From: Macrostomum hystrix
Taxonomy: Eukaryota; Animalia; Platyhelminthes
Length of the DNA stretch: 64,000 nucleotides
Assembly (NCBI GenBank): GCA_950097015.1
Contig: CATNEN010000002.1
Location: 1-64,000, forward strand
Direction: 5' to 3'
Below the pieces are notes generated by a model. That model saw nothing but the letters and a program-made list of their open reading frames with translations. It had not been told where the DNA came from and ran no database searches. Below, in pieces: positions 1 through 9,882 of this stretch. Position numbers and translations under genes: made by a program. Every line of letters starts with the position of its first letter. Position 1 is the first letter of the stretch.

Positions 1-1085
1 TCCTTCCTTCCTCTTTCCTCACTCCTCCTCCTTCTCCTTCCTCCTTCCTCCTCCTTCCTCCTCCTTCCTCCTTCCTCCTTCCTCCTTCCTCCTTCCTCCT
101 TCCTCCTTCCTCCTTTCTCCTTCCTCCTTTCTCCTTCCTTCTTCCTCCTTCCTCCTTCCTCCTTCCTTCCTCCTTCCTTCTTCCTTCTTCCTGCTTCCTC
201 TTTTCTCCTTCCTCCTTCCTCCTCCTTCCTTCCTCCTCCTTCCTTCCTCCTCCTTCCTCCTTCCTCCCTCCTCCCTCCTCCTTCCTCCTTCCTCCTTCCT
301 CCTTCCTTCCTCTTTCCTCACTCCTCCTCCTTCTCCTTCCTCCTTCCTCCTCCTTCCTCCTCCTTCCTCCTTCCTCCTTCCTCCTTCCTCCTTCCTCCTT
401 CCTCCTTCCTCCTTCCTCCTTTCTCCTTCCTCCTTCCTCCTTCTTCCTTCCTCTTTCCTCCCTCCTCCTCCTTCTCCTTCCTCCTTCCTCCTCCTTCCTC
501 CTCCTTCCTCCTTCCTCCTTCCTCCTTCCTCCTTCTTTCCTTCTCCTTCCTCCTCCTTTCTCCTTCCTCCTCCTTCCTCCTCCTTCCTCTTTCCTCCTTC
601 CTCCTTTCTCCTTCCTGCTTCCCTCTTCCTTCTTCCTCCTCCTTCCCCCTTCCTACTTCCTCCTTCCTCCTTCCTCCTCCTTCCTCCTCCTTCCTCCTTC
701 CTCCTTCCTCCCCCTTCCTCCTTCCTCCTTCCTCCTTCCTCCTCCGTCCTCCTTCCTCCTTCCTCCTTCCTTCCACCTTCCTCCTTCCTCCTTCCTCCTT
801 CCTTCCTCCTCCTTCCTCCTCCTTCCTTCCTCCTCCCTCCTCCTTCCTCCTTCCTCCTTCCTTCCTCCTCCTTCCTCCTTCCTCCTTCTCCTTCCTCCTT
901 CCTCCTTCCTCCTTCCTCCTTCTTCCTTCCTTTCTTCTTCCTCCTTCCTCCTTCCTTCCTCCTCCTTCCTCCTTCCTCCTTCCTCCTTCCTCCTTCCTCC
1001 TTCCTCCTTCCTCCTTCCTCCTTCCTTCCTCCTCCTTCCTCCTTCCTCCTTCCTCCTTCCTCCTTCCTCGTTCCTTCTCCTTCCT
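1..1085. repeat. Polypyrimidine/polypurine microsatellite, (TTCCTCC)n-like
   Basis: Almost pure C/T tract of ttcctcc/ttcc units; runs off the window start. Confidence 0.97.
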
Positions 1086-1321
1086 CCATTGCAAAAAACA
1101 TTCCAAAAAAGAAATAACAAAAACAAATTATAACAATGGCACGCTATATTGATATATTTTATCATTTATATGCCTAATTACCACATACATCTTTTCACAT
1201 ATTCAATCAAATACTACTAATTGTTCCTCTCTTTAAAACTTCAAACGCATAAACAAAAGAGCCTATTCACCAAACCACTCCTGCAAAGTCTCTGCTTCAT
1301 CTACGCTCACTCACTGACGAC

Positions 1322-2938
1322 TCACTCCATATTCAGCACCACCAGTCGCTTGTTCTGCCAGTCAGCCACCACCAGCTGCTCGCGCGCGCCTCCCGTCACC
1401 ACCGCCAGACCGCTTGGAAATGTTAATCTGCCGGCACCGCTGCCGCTCTTGCCCGGCACCCCCAGAGTCCACAGCAGCGACCCGTCGTCTGCAGCCACCG
1501 CTCGCACTAAGTGACCTTCGAATTCACTCACGAACAGGCGGCCTCTCCTGTCCACGGCCACACCCATTGGATAACCAAACTCTTTGAGGCCGCAACGCTC
1601 AGTCGGGTGCGAGGCGACCACTTGCTGGGTGTCAATGCGCACTCTGTGCACCTGCTTGTGCTTACAGTCTGTCACCAGAATGCAGTTGTCGTGAACCGCC
1701 AGGTCGCCCAGTACAGCATCAGGAAACTCAGTCAGCGTGATGACCGTCTCCATCTCGCCAGTCGCTTTGCTGAATGCAACAATTTTGTTGCCACCAGACA
1801 CAAACACGGAGGCTGCGTTGCCACCGGATTCCTGAATGCCACGAAAGCCCTCGATTTGTGGTTTGATTCGACGCACCTTTCGACCGCTCAGGTCCGTCAC
1901 TGTCACTGCGTCAACTTGAGCAATGAACAGCAGCTGACGGTCGCAGTGAAGACCCCAGATGATCATCTTCCAGTCGATGTCGCAGTGGCACCGCAGCTTC
2001 TTTGAGCCGTCCACAGACACCACCTGAAGGTGGTCCTTGTCACTACTTAATGAAAATGATGCGAAGATGCAGGGCTCAGGCAGAGCCTCACCGCCGTCAC
2101 TCGCTGACTCGGCGGCCACCACACGGCCTGAGCGGTCACCAACGAATCCGCTGGTGTCGCTGCACACCGCCAGCCAATGAACGCAGCCATCCAGCTTCAC
2201 CTCGTGACTGAACACGATCGGATCGAACAATCCCTGTGTCGCCATCGCCATCGCCTTCATTGCGTCGTCGATCTCCTGGGGTGTCGCGCTGACCTCAGCG
2301 TCTCTCCAGCCCTCAGCGGTCCCGTTCACACGAGCCAACGCTCTGCCGAACTGCTCCGACACCTGCCCCAGTCGCTCCAGCTGCTGCTCCGCTCCCAAGC
2401 TCTCCTCCAGCGACTTCTGCAGCCGATCAAAGTCCGCCTTCAAGTCATCGAGCGACAACTCCATCGACATCGTCAGCTCGACAAGCTTCGACATCTCGCC
2501 TGCAGCTTCCGCCATCGACGTCTCCTGCCTGTAGCTTCTCACATCGTCCATGTCCCGCTGCCACACACGCGCTGTCTCAATCCGAGCTATCATCGGACCT
2601 GTCAGTCGATCTTCACTCGAATCCAGGTATCTCCGCATTGTCTCATACAGCTGCTTCGCCCGTCGCAGCTGCTCCTCCATCTCGTGAATCCAATCTCCTC
2701 CACCACCTCCAGCACTGCCGCCTGCAGCTTCGGCTTGTGGGAAGGCACGCAGCTTCTCAGCGACCTTCTCCTTCAGCTTGAGGGCATCCGCCACATCAAC
2801 ACTCAGGTGTTCCGAGCACAGGTAGTGCTCGGAAAACGGACCCAGGCCGACTGCAGCTTTTTGGCAGACGACGCAGATTGGGATCACTTCAGGAGGTCCT
2901 TCGGAACTCGAGCTGTCGCTGGAGTCTCCACGCTGCAT
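1322..2938 (-). CDS. Zn-finger (CxxC-x15-CxxH) / coiled-coil / NHL-repeat beta-propeller protein, TRIM-NHL-like, copy A1 (538 aa from MQRGD)
   Basis: Uninterrupted ORF. N-terminal CVVC...CSEH, then a helical coiled-coil-like region. C-terminal canonical NHL repeats [19 protein letters not shown] and LTFPSGLAV...LVVADWQNKRLVVL. ATG at 2938 follows a polypyrimidine-CAG acceptor at 2954. Confidence 0.88.
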   Translation of the reverse strand: MQRGDSSDSSSSEGPPEVIPICVVCQKAAVGLGPFSEHYLCSEHLSVDVADALKLKEKVAEKLRAFPQAEAAGGSAGGGGGDWIHEMEEQLRRAKQLYETMRRYLDSSEDRLTGPMIARIETARVWQRDMDDVRSYRQETSMAEAAGEMSKLVELTMSMELSLDDLKADFDRLQKSLEESLGAEQQLERLGQVSEQFGRALARVNGTAEGWRDAEVSATPQEIDDAMKAMAMATQGLFDPIVFSHEVKLDGCVHWLAVCSDTSGFVGDRSGRVVAAESASDGGEALPEPCIFASFSLSSDKDHLQVVSVDGSKKLRCHCDIDWKMIIWGLHCDRQLLFIAQVDAVTVTDLSGRKVRRIKPQIEGFRGIQESGGNAASVFVSGGNKIVAFSKATGEMETVITLTEFPDAVLGDLAVHDNCILVTDCKHKQVHRVRIDTQQVVASHPTERCGLKEFGYPMGVAVDRRGRLFVSEFEGHLVRAVAADDGSLLWTLGVPGKSGSGAGRLTFPSGLAVVTGGAREQLVVADWQNKRLVVLNME

Positions 2939-2953
2939 TTTCAGATTCGAGGT

Positions 2954-2975
2954 CTGCAAAGAGAGTCGGAAAGAG
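2954..2975 (-). other. Putative 3' splice (or trans-splice) acceptor just upstream of the NHL start codon
   Basis: Minus strand ctctttccgactctctttgcag|acctcgaatctgaaaATG; conserved before all five NHL copies (ttccag in B copies). Confidence 0.55.
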
Positions 2976-3702
2976 GCCGTGTGAGTTGAAGACTGCTGCT
3001 GGAATCTGCCAGAACTCTAATATTATCTCAGTGTCAAAAATTCTCAACTTCAACTCGCTACCTCAGAAAGCTGGGAAGCAGAAAAGTTGCAGAACTGCCG
3101 TAAGCAGGCCGATGCTGAGGCTCAGGTGAGAATGAGTTTCAATCAGACAGCAGTCGGAAGCTGTGCTCAAGAGTCTGAGATGACTCTCGTGTAAGCTAGG
3201 TGTCTCAGTTAAACTCTTCTCCGTTGCCATGGAAACAGTGAGAAGCCTGATTCTGGTTGACATATCAGAACAGAATGAAATCCTTGAGTCGCTCTGCTCC
3301 GGCAGCTCAGTTTGTCGCCAAAAGACAGTGAGAGTGAAATCAGTTTTTGTTTATTCTCGGTCGAACGCGAATTCAAAATGCTTTCTGTGGCTGCGTGCAT
3401 TTCTCTGCGGCTGGGACAGAGAGGGCCGGCTCTGAGCAGCATTAAGCACAGCTGAGCACCCACCTCTGCCTCCAACTGCTCACAATGGGAACGTAGATTG
3501 GGTGAGTGTACTCAAATGCATTGTTTGTGCACTTAGCTGTGCCATCTTGAGCCCAAAGTACGACATTGTGGCTTTGCTTGTCAGACACTTTCTGACAGAT
3601 CCGAGCTGTTAGAGATGCGATCGACCTGTTAGAGTAGGGAAAAACAACAGGCCAGCAGTTCAAGACGTTAGAAAAATCTCATATTTACTTTTTTGTCTGA
3701 TA

Positions 3703-3804
3703 TTAGCCTCATCAGCTCACCTACCATTAGCCTCATCAGCTCACATTAGCTTCATGAGCTCAAATTAGCTTCATCAGCTCACATTATCCTCATCAGCTCA
3801 CATT
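3703..3804. repeat. ~19-bp minisatellite (cattagcctcatcagctca), left part
   Basis: Tandem units; the array continues at 5886-6010 after the Crypton insertion; uninterrupted at 62673-62742. Confidence 0.85.
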
Positions 3805-4024
3805 GTCAAAATCAGTCTTTATGATAATGTAATCGTCTATGGTTAAAGCATGAGCACATTCCATTTATTTCTTCACTTAAACTTCAGGATAATGATTTCG
3901 AACTCGGGATAATGGATGCCTATTTTTAGAACAAAACAGCAAACACCAACAACAAAAGAGCGCTATGGAAAGTTAATAGTGCAGTATCAATATGGCGCAA
4001 TTGTCAATATAGTGCCCAAGACCA

Positions 4025-5575
4025 TTACAGATTGCAATTGTTGAAAGTGCAGTTGTTCATAATAAAGATACTCCGACCGTTCATCTGACGACCATCAGAC
4101 ACGCTCACTGCTTCTTGCACGATGGAGCTCTGGATGCTGATGTCAGCAGGCATTGTTACTTGACCGTGGATCGCGGCGCTTTGTCCCATGTTCAACGCAC
4201 GCGACACTGCATCGCTGCATTTTTGCAGGGACTTGTCCCGTTTAACTGCCAGGTAGCGCCGGACCGTGCTCTCGGACTTTTGACCCGTGATAGCCATGAT
4301 CTCGCTCATCGAATGCCCAGCCGATTCCAGGTCACACACTCTGGTAACTCTAGAACAATTGAGCGATTGAACTGTAAATTAGACTCAATCAGACACAAGT
4401 TGAAAACATCACATGCACTTCCCCGACCAACTGACTCACCGAATGCTGTGATTGGTGTATTCCTTAGACAGCTTCGCTTTTTTGCTCAGAGCTTTTATGA
4501 AAGTCCTCAGGTAATTTATTCCTCGTTTCTGCTTCGAGCAAAATCGTCTGGTGCCTCCTGCATTCTTCAGTGGCCTGGGAAACAGTGAGTCGTTCTTCGT
4601 CTCCGTTGGTAATATAGCCATGTAGTCGTCCACAATTCCAACATCGTAGATTCTCGCCTGCTTTACGTCGATGTCACGCTTGGCTCGATTGGGATCGGCA
4701 GACTTGTTTTTGGAATTCAGTACAGGCAATGCGTAGTACGGTCTTCCATCCGAGTCTTCGCGCTTCACCAACCACTTCTTGGATTCAATCGACTCCAGAT
4801 GTTCCCTTCCTCGTTCTCCTAGGCCGTACATAACGCGAAATAGAAACTCATCCTGAGTGGTCTCTGCACTTGATCTGTCGAAATACGTCCGTAGCTTCTC
4901 CATATCACCCTCCTCGATTGGCGGATATGATCGAACCTGACCGCCGGAGTTGTGCCATTCCCTGACTTTCATTCGGAGCATTCTATTCGCTAGGACGAAT
5001 TCCTCACCATCGATAATGTTGATCGTTAATCCAGCCACCATAGTCAGAAAGCGCTGTATCCCGGCGCGGATGCACACAAGACTTGCAGGCGAGTATGGAC
5101 CGCCATCATGGCGACGTAATTGGTAGTAGTAATACCTAAGAAACTCACACATCTCAACACGACTCAATTCATGAACAGCAGCTCCATGTTCCCGAAGGAA
5201 CTGCACAAAACTGTTACCATGAGCAATCATCTGCTCACGCGTCTTGGTTGGTAGGCTCACTATTTCATCTTTCGTCATTGCCTCTTGCATATCCAAAGGA
5301 ACTAGTTTCGGCTCAGTTTCATTCTCTCCATCCTTTTCAGCTGCAGCATCATCCTCGGCCGGTAGCAGAGGCAAATCATCAGATTGATCGGTATCAGTAT
5401 CACCGCTCTCAATAAAGTGCAAGAAGTTCAAGAAGTCTTCGTTATCCTTCATGTCCTTCTGAGATGTGGAAAGTCTTGAGATCCAATTGAGTTCGCTACT
5501 AGATACGTTGGCTAAACTTTCGACAGGCAGATTGCCCCAGTTAATCGGATATGACGTCCGGTTCTCCATGGTCAA
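4025..5575 (-). CDS. Crypton-type tyrosine recombinase (DUF3504/ZMYM-KCTD1-QRICH1-like), two exons 5575-4440 and 4349-4025, ~486 aa
   Basis: Motifs YSPASLVCIRAGIQRFL, GERGREHL (Arg), SKNK (Lys), YTNHSIR (HxxR), ITGQKSESTVRRY (Tyr) and C-terminal NNCTFNNC. A 90-bp GTGAGT...TTCTAG intron (4439-4350) joins the two ORFs in frame (1461 nt total). Confidence 0.82.
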
Positions 5576-5777
5576 GCGATTGTAGCTATTTACGTTTTAT
5601 TCTCTCCTTTCTCTCTCTTCCTTTCCACCCTCTTAAGCCCCGGCCTGTTTGCAACTTCGTTGTCTATGGCCCAAACTCCAGTAAACCACGTCAGTCTTTT
5701 TGTCTGTCTCTCCTCGGTAACCCCTCTCTCCTTTCGATGCCCTTTTTGTCTATGGCCCCACTGAAATTCGACAATGC

Positions 5778-5882
5778 GGTTATTCGTAAGTGAGACTTTA
5801 GGATAATAGTCCTATGCTCACTCGTGCGCTGCGCGCACTCATGAGCCGGACTATTATCCTAAAGTCTCACTTACGAATAACC
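5778..5882. repeat. Perfect 35-bp inverted repeat with structured 35-nt loop at the Crypton end
   Basis: ggttattcgtaagtgagactttaggataatagtcc (5778-5812) is the exact reverse complement of 5848-5882; the loop can also pair (gctca/tgagc, gtgcgc/gcgcac). Confidence 0.95.
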
Positions 5883-5885
5883 TTC

Positions 5886-6010
5886 CATTATCCTCATCAG
5901 CTCACATTAGCTTCATGAGCTCACATTAGCCTCTTCAGCTCACATTAGCTTCATGAGCTCACAGTAGCCTCTTCAGCTCACATTAGCTTCATGAGCTCAC
6001 AGTAGCTTCA
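5886..6010. repeat. ~19-bp minisatellite, right part
   Basis: Same unit as 3703-3804. Confidence 0.85.
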
Positions 6011-6263
6011 ACGCCACCTGCAGGCCAGAGAAGGACTTTGGCAGTGCCCAAGTGCCCTATTCTTAGTCAATAACCTTTTGTTATTCGCTTTTATGAATAA
6101 ACAATGTCATACAACATACAACAATGACAACAACAAAATGTTTGTTGTTAAACAACAATTTTGTTGGTAACTAAATTCTACCCGAGTACACCCGTGTCTA
6201 CCAGATACACGCAACGTTTTCTTTCTGACCCTTAAATGTTTCTTCCCCAACCATGATCCCGTA

Positions 6264-6572
6264 CCCAAATGTACATTCTATGCCTAAATATCTCGTCCAC
6301 AAATGTACATTCTACCCCAAAAGATCTCTTCCCCAAATGTACATTCTACCCCAAAAGATCTCTTCCCCAAATGTACATTGTACCCATGATGATCTCATCC
6401 CCAATATGCATTCTACCCACAAACATCTCTTCCCCAAATGTACATTCTACCCACAAATATCTCATCCCCACATGTACATTCAACCCCCAAAGATCTCTTC
6501 CCTAAATGTACATTACACCCACAAATATCTCATCCCCAAAAGTACATTCTACCCACAAATATCTCTTCCCCA
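6264..6572. repeat. ~34-bp minisatellite (cccaaatgtacattctaccccaaaagatctcttc)
   Basis: Degenerate tandem units; homolog at 62970-63278. Confidence 0.85.
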
Positions 6573-7116
6573 AGGTGCGGTTTAAGTATAAATCATCATT
6601 TTGCAACACTCTAATTTCAACAACAAATGTTGTGAATCTGCATTCTATACATATAAGCATGTTTATTAGGCCACAGTCACGTACAGCAGACAGCAGCAAT
6701 TCCATTGATTTCCTCCTCATCACCGGGGGTTACAGGACAAAGTCGGGAGATTCGGCCGAACGAGGTCGCCCTTGATTTCCCGACACCGAAGTGATTTATT
6801 ATCCGACTCCCAACCCAACCACCAAAAATATTCGAGTCCCAATGCGAAGGAGACATGAGACCATTTCTTTTTCCCTGTGGTCACGTTCCCAACGGGAGTT
6901 CTGTTAGGGATAAAATAGAAACACAGAGAGATCAATACAAACACATCCCCAACAGCGCAATCTGAAGCTTGATTTGGGATTTATTGCCCAAGCAATAAGG
7001 AGGCCACGATTTCAGCCAGTTCAGTGGACAGAATTTATTAGCCAGTTTTGCATTGGTACAGGACCCAAATAGTACGATAAATCGACTTCATTTTATAGGA
7101 ACCTACAGTCTTCCAT

Positions 7117-7633
7117 CAGTGTTCTACACCTCCCTGATCCTTCAGTGTTCTACTCCACCCTGATCCTTCAGTGTTCTACTCCCCCTGATCCTTCAGTGTT
7201 CTACTTCCCCCTGATCCTTCAGTATTCTACTCCCCCCTGATCCTTCAGTGTTCTACTCCCCCTGATCCTTCAGTGTTCTACTCCCCCTGATCCTTCAGTG
7301 TTCTACTCCCCCTGATCCTTCAGTGTTCTACTTCCCCGGATCCTTCAGTGTTTTACTGCCCCTGATCCCTGATCCTTCAGTGTTCTACTCCCCCGGATCC
7401 TTCAGTGTTCTACTCCCCCGGATCCTTCAGTGTTCTACTCCCCCTGATCCTTCAGTGTTCTACTCCCCCGGATCCTTCAGTGTTCTACTGCCCCTGATCC
7501 CTGATCCTTCAGTGCTCTACTCCCCCTGATCCTTCAGTGTTCTTCTCCCCCCTGATCCTTCAGTGTTCTACTCCCCCGGATCCTTCAGTGTTTTACTCCC
7601 CCTGATCCTTCAGTGTTCTACTCCCCCTGATCC
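7117..7633. repeat. ~25-bp minisatellite (gatccttcagtgttctactccccct)
   Basis: About 20 tandem units; homologs at 35277-35524 and 63784-64000. Confidence 0.92.
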
Positions 7634-8137
7634 ATCAATATTCTATTGCCCCCCCTGATGCATGTCTCATCCTAGAAATTGTGTGCAATTTAAAGTAAGA
7701 CATGCCATTATTAGTTTGTTTACAAAACGTGATAAATTTGTAATAAATCAATCCCACTGGCCAGCTGAGTCCTGCTCAAGATGCTCAAGTGCAAAGACTC
7801 GGGCAAGAATCTGTCTTCCCGCGGATCAGCTAAGAATGTCTCTCGCTGAAACAGCAGCTGCAAAATTTGGGGATAATTAGGCCTACGCATCTGAAATTTC
7901 CTTCCAGCTCTCCGGATTGCCACCTGGAGTAAGACGTAGCTTCAGAGATTCGTCGAACGTGCCGTCATCGACTTGTTTCAAGCCCTCCTGTCTGATCGTG
8001 TTTTTGGTTGACTAGGCATCTGTAATTCAGCTTTTAAGCCGAACTCGAAAATATATTTTCCCAGTTGATTGAGGCAAAGTAGAACTATGTGAATCTGAAT
8101 GAGGTCAAAAGTTGGATGGATAATATTTATTTCTTCT

Positions 8138-9186
8138 CATTCTCAGAACTTACAAATTGTATTAACATTCTCAGAACTTACAAATTGTATTAACATTCTC
8201 AGAACTTACAAATTGTATTAACATTCTCAGAACTTACAAATTGTATTAACATTCTCAGAACTTACAAATTGTATTAACATTCTCAGAACTTACAAATTGT
8301 ATTAACATTCTCAGAACTTACAAATTGTATTAACATTCTCAGAACTTACAAATTGTATTATCATTCTCAGAACTTACAAATTGTATTAACATTCTCAGAA
8401 CTTACAAATTGTATTAACATTCTCAGAACTTACAAATAGTATTAACATTCTCAGAACTTACAAATAGTATTAACATTCTCAGAACTTACAAATTGTATTA
8501 ACATTCTCAGAACTTACAAATTGTATTAACATTCTCAGAACTTACAAATTGTATTAACATTCTCAGAACTTACAAATTGTATTAACATTCTCAGAACTTA
8601 CAAATTGTATTAACATTCTCAGAACTTACAAATTGTATTAACATTCTCAGAACTTACAAATTGTATTAACATTCTCAGAACTTACAAATTGTATTAACAT
8701 TCTCAGAACTTACAAATTGTATTAACATTCTCAGAACTTACAAATTGTATTATCATTCTCAGAACTTACAAATTGTATTAACATTCTCAGAACTTACAAA
8801 TTGTATTAACATTCTCAGAACTTACAAATTGTATTAACATTCTCAGAACTTACAAATTGTATTATCATTCTCAGAACTTACAAATTGTATTAACATTCTC
8901 AGAACTTACAAATTGTATTAACATTCTCAGAACTTACAAATTGTATTAACATTCTCAGAACTTACAAATTGTATTAACATTCTCAGAACTTACAAATTGT
9001 ATTATCATTCTCAGAACTTACAAATTGTATTAACATTCTCAGAACTTACAAATTGTATTAACATTCTCAGAACTTACAAATTGTATTAATATTCTCAGAA
9101 CTTACAAATTGTATTAACATTCTCAGAACTTACAAATTGTATTAACATTCTCAGAACTTACAAATTGTATTAACATTCTCAGAACT
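8138..9186. repeat. 28-bp minisatellite (cattctcagaacttacaaattgtattaa), ~37 copies
   Basis: Near-perfect head-to-tail units without spacers; only ~1.5 units at the homologous site 36024-36066. Confidence 0.97.
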
Positions 9187-9342
9187 TCTTATCCTACCAG
9201 ACTGGACATTGACTTTTAAAAATACCATCCGACGAGATGTACATTGATAGTCTAGATTCTCGTCTCCTCAGATGTACATTGATAGTCTAGATTCTCGTCT
9301 CCTCAGATGTACATCGAGAGTTTTAATCTCCTCCCTCTAGAT

Positions 9343-9882
9343 GAGGGGTCGGCACACTTATGAGCAAGCGGGCCAAAGAGAGAACCTAAAATACGACAGC
9401 AGGCCAAATTGACTGTAAAAATATGATATAGGGGAGAGATGAGACACGGGAGAGATGAGACACTGGAGAGATGAGACACGGGAGAGATGAGACAGGGGAG
9501 AGATGAGACACGGGAGAGACGACACAGGGAATAGATGAGACAGGGGAGAGATGAGACAGGGGAGAGACGAGGCAGGGAAGAGATGAGACAGGGGAGAGAT
9601 GAGACAGGGGAGAGATGAGACACGGGAGAGATGAAACACGGGAGTGACGAGACAGGGAAGAGATGAGACAGCGGGAGAGATGAGACACGGGAGAGATGAG
9701 ACAGGGGAGAGATGAGACACGAGAGAGATGAGACACGGGAGAGATGAGACACGGGAGAGATGAGACACGGGCGCGATGAGACAGGGGAAAGATGAAACAG
9801 GATAGTCGGAAGGGGCAACGGGCCGGATTTGGGAGCTACGAGGGCCGCAACTGGCCCGCGGGTCGGTGTGTGCCGACCCCTG
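9343..9882. mobile_element. Non-autonomous hAT (Buster/Charlie-type) MITE with internal 17-bp minisatellite
   Basis: 15-bp TIRs gaggggtcggcacac / gtgtgccgacccctg (1 mismatch). 8-bp TSD ctctagat at 9335-9342 and 9883-9890 (nnnTAnnn, typical of Buster hATs). Subterminal gcgggcc/ggcccgc motifs. Confidence 0.88.
9431..9790. repeat. 17-bp minisatellite (gagagatgagacacggg) inside the MITE
   Basis: Tandem units. Confidence 0.9.

Larger units (their letters stand above)
3805..5885 (-). mobile_element. Crypton-like tyrosine-recombinase DNA transposon
   Basis: ~2.1 kb insertion absent from the homologous site at ~62730. Encodes a tyrosine recombinase, is bounded by identical 23-bp direct repeats (3782-3804, 5886-5908) and has a terminal hairpin. 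Confidence 0.8.

Noticed and set aside
1322-2230. Diversity-generating retroelement (adenine-specific mutagenesis) as the source of NHL variation
   Set aside because: No invariant template repeat or DGR-type RT. Variable codons change at non-adenine positions (e.g. TTC/TGG/TTG), and the nearby RT remnants are defective Gypsy and RTE elements.
1511-2989. Long plus-strand ORFs antisense to each NHL gene, repeated in every copy
   Set aside because: Expected shadow ORFs of GC-rich coding sequence; no motifs, and they are conserved only because the sense gene is duplicated.
3703-3804. Hammerhead ribozyme in the 19-bp minisatellite (CTGATGAG on the minus strand)
   Set aside because: No correctly placed GAAA or stem II/III could be found.
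4025-5575. Crypton recombinase as a dedicated shuffling enzyme for the NHL array
   Set aside because: Present in only one of three equivalent positions, and I saw no matching recombination sites flanking the variable segments; adjacency is best explained as an insertion.
7700-8000. Possible LRR-like coding fragment on the minus strand (GLKQVDDGTFDESLKLRLTPGGNP)
   Set aside because: Short, bounded by stops, no repeated LRR pattern; resemblance too weak to call.
8138-9186. CRISPR-like array of 28-bp repeats
   Set aside because: Repeats are head-to-tail with no unique spacers, no cas genes, and the context is eukaryotic.
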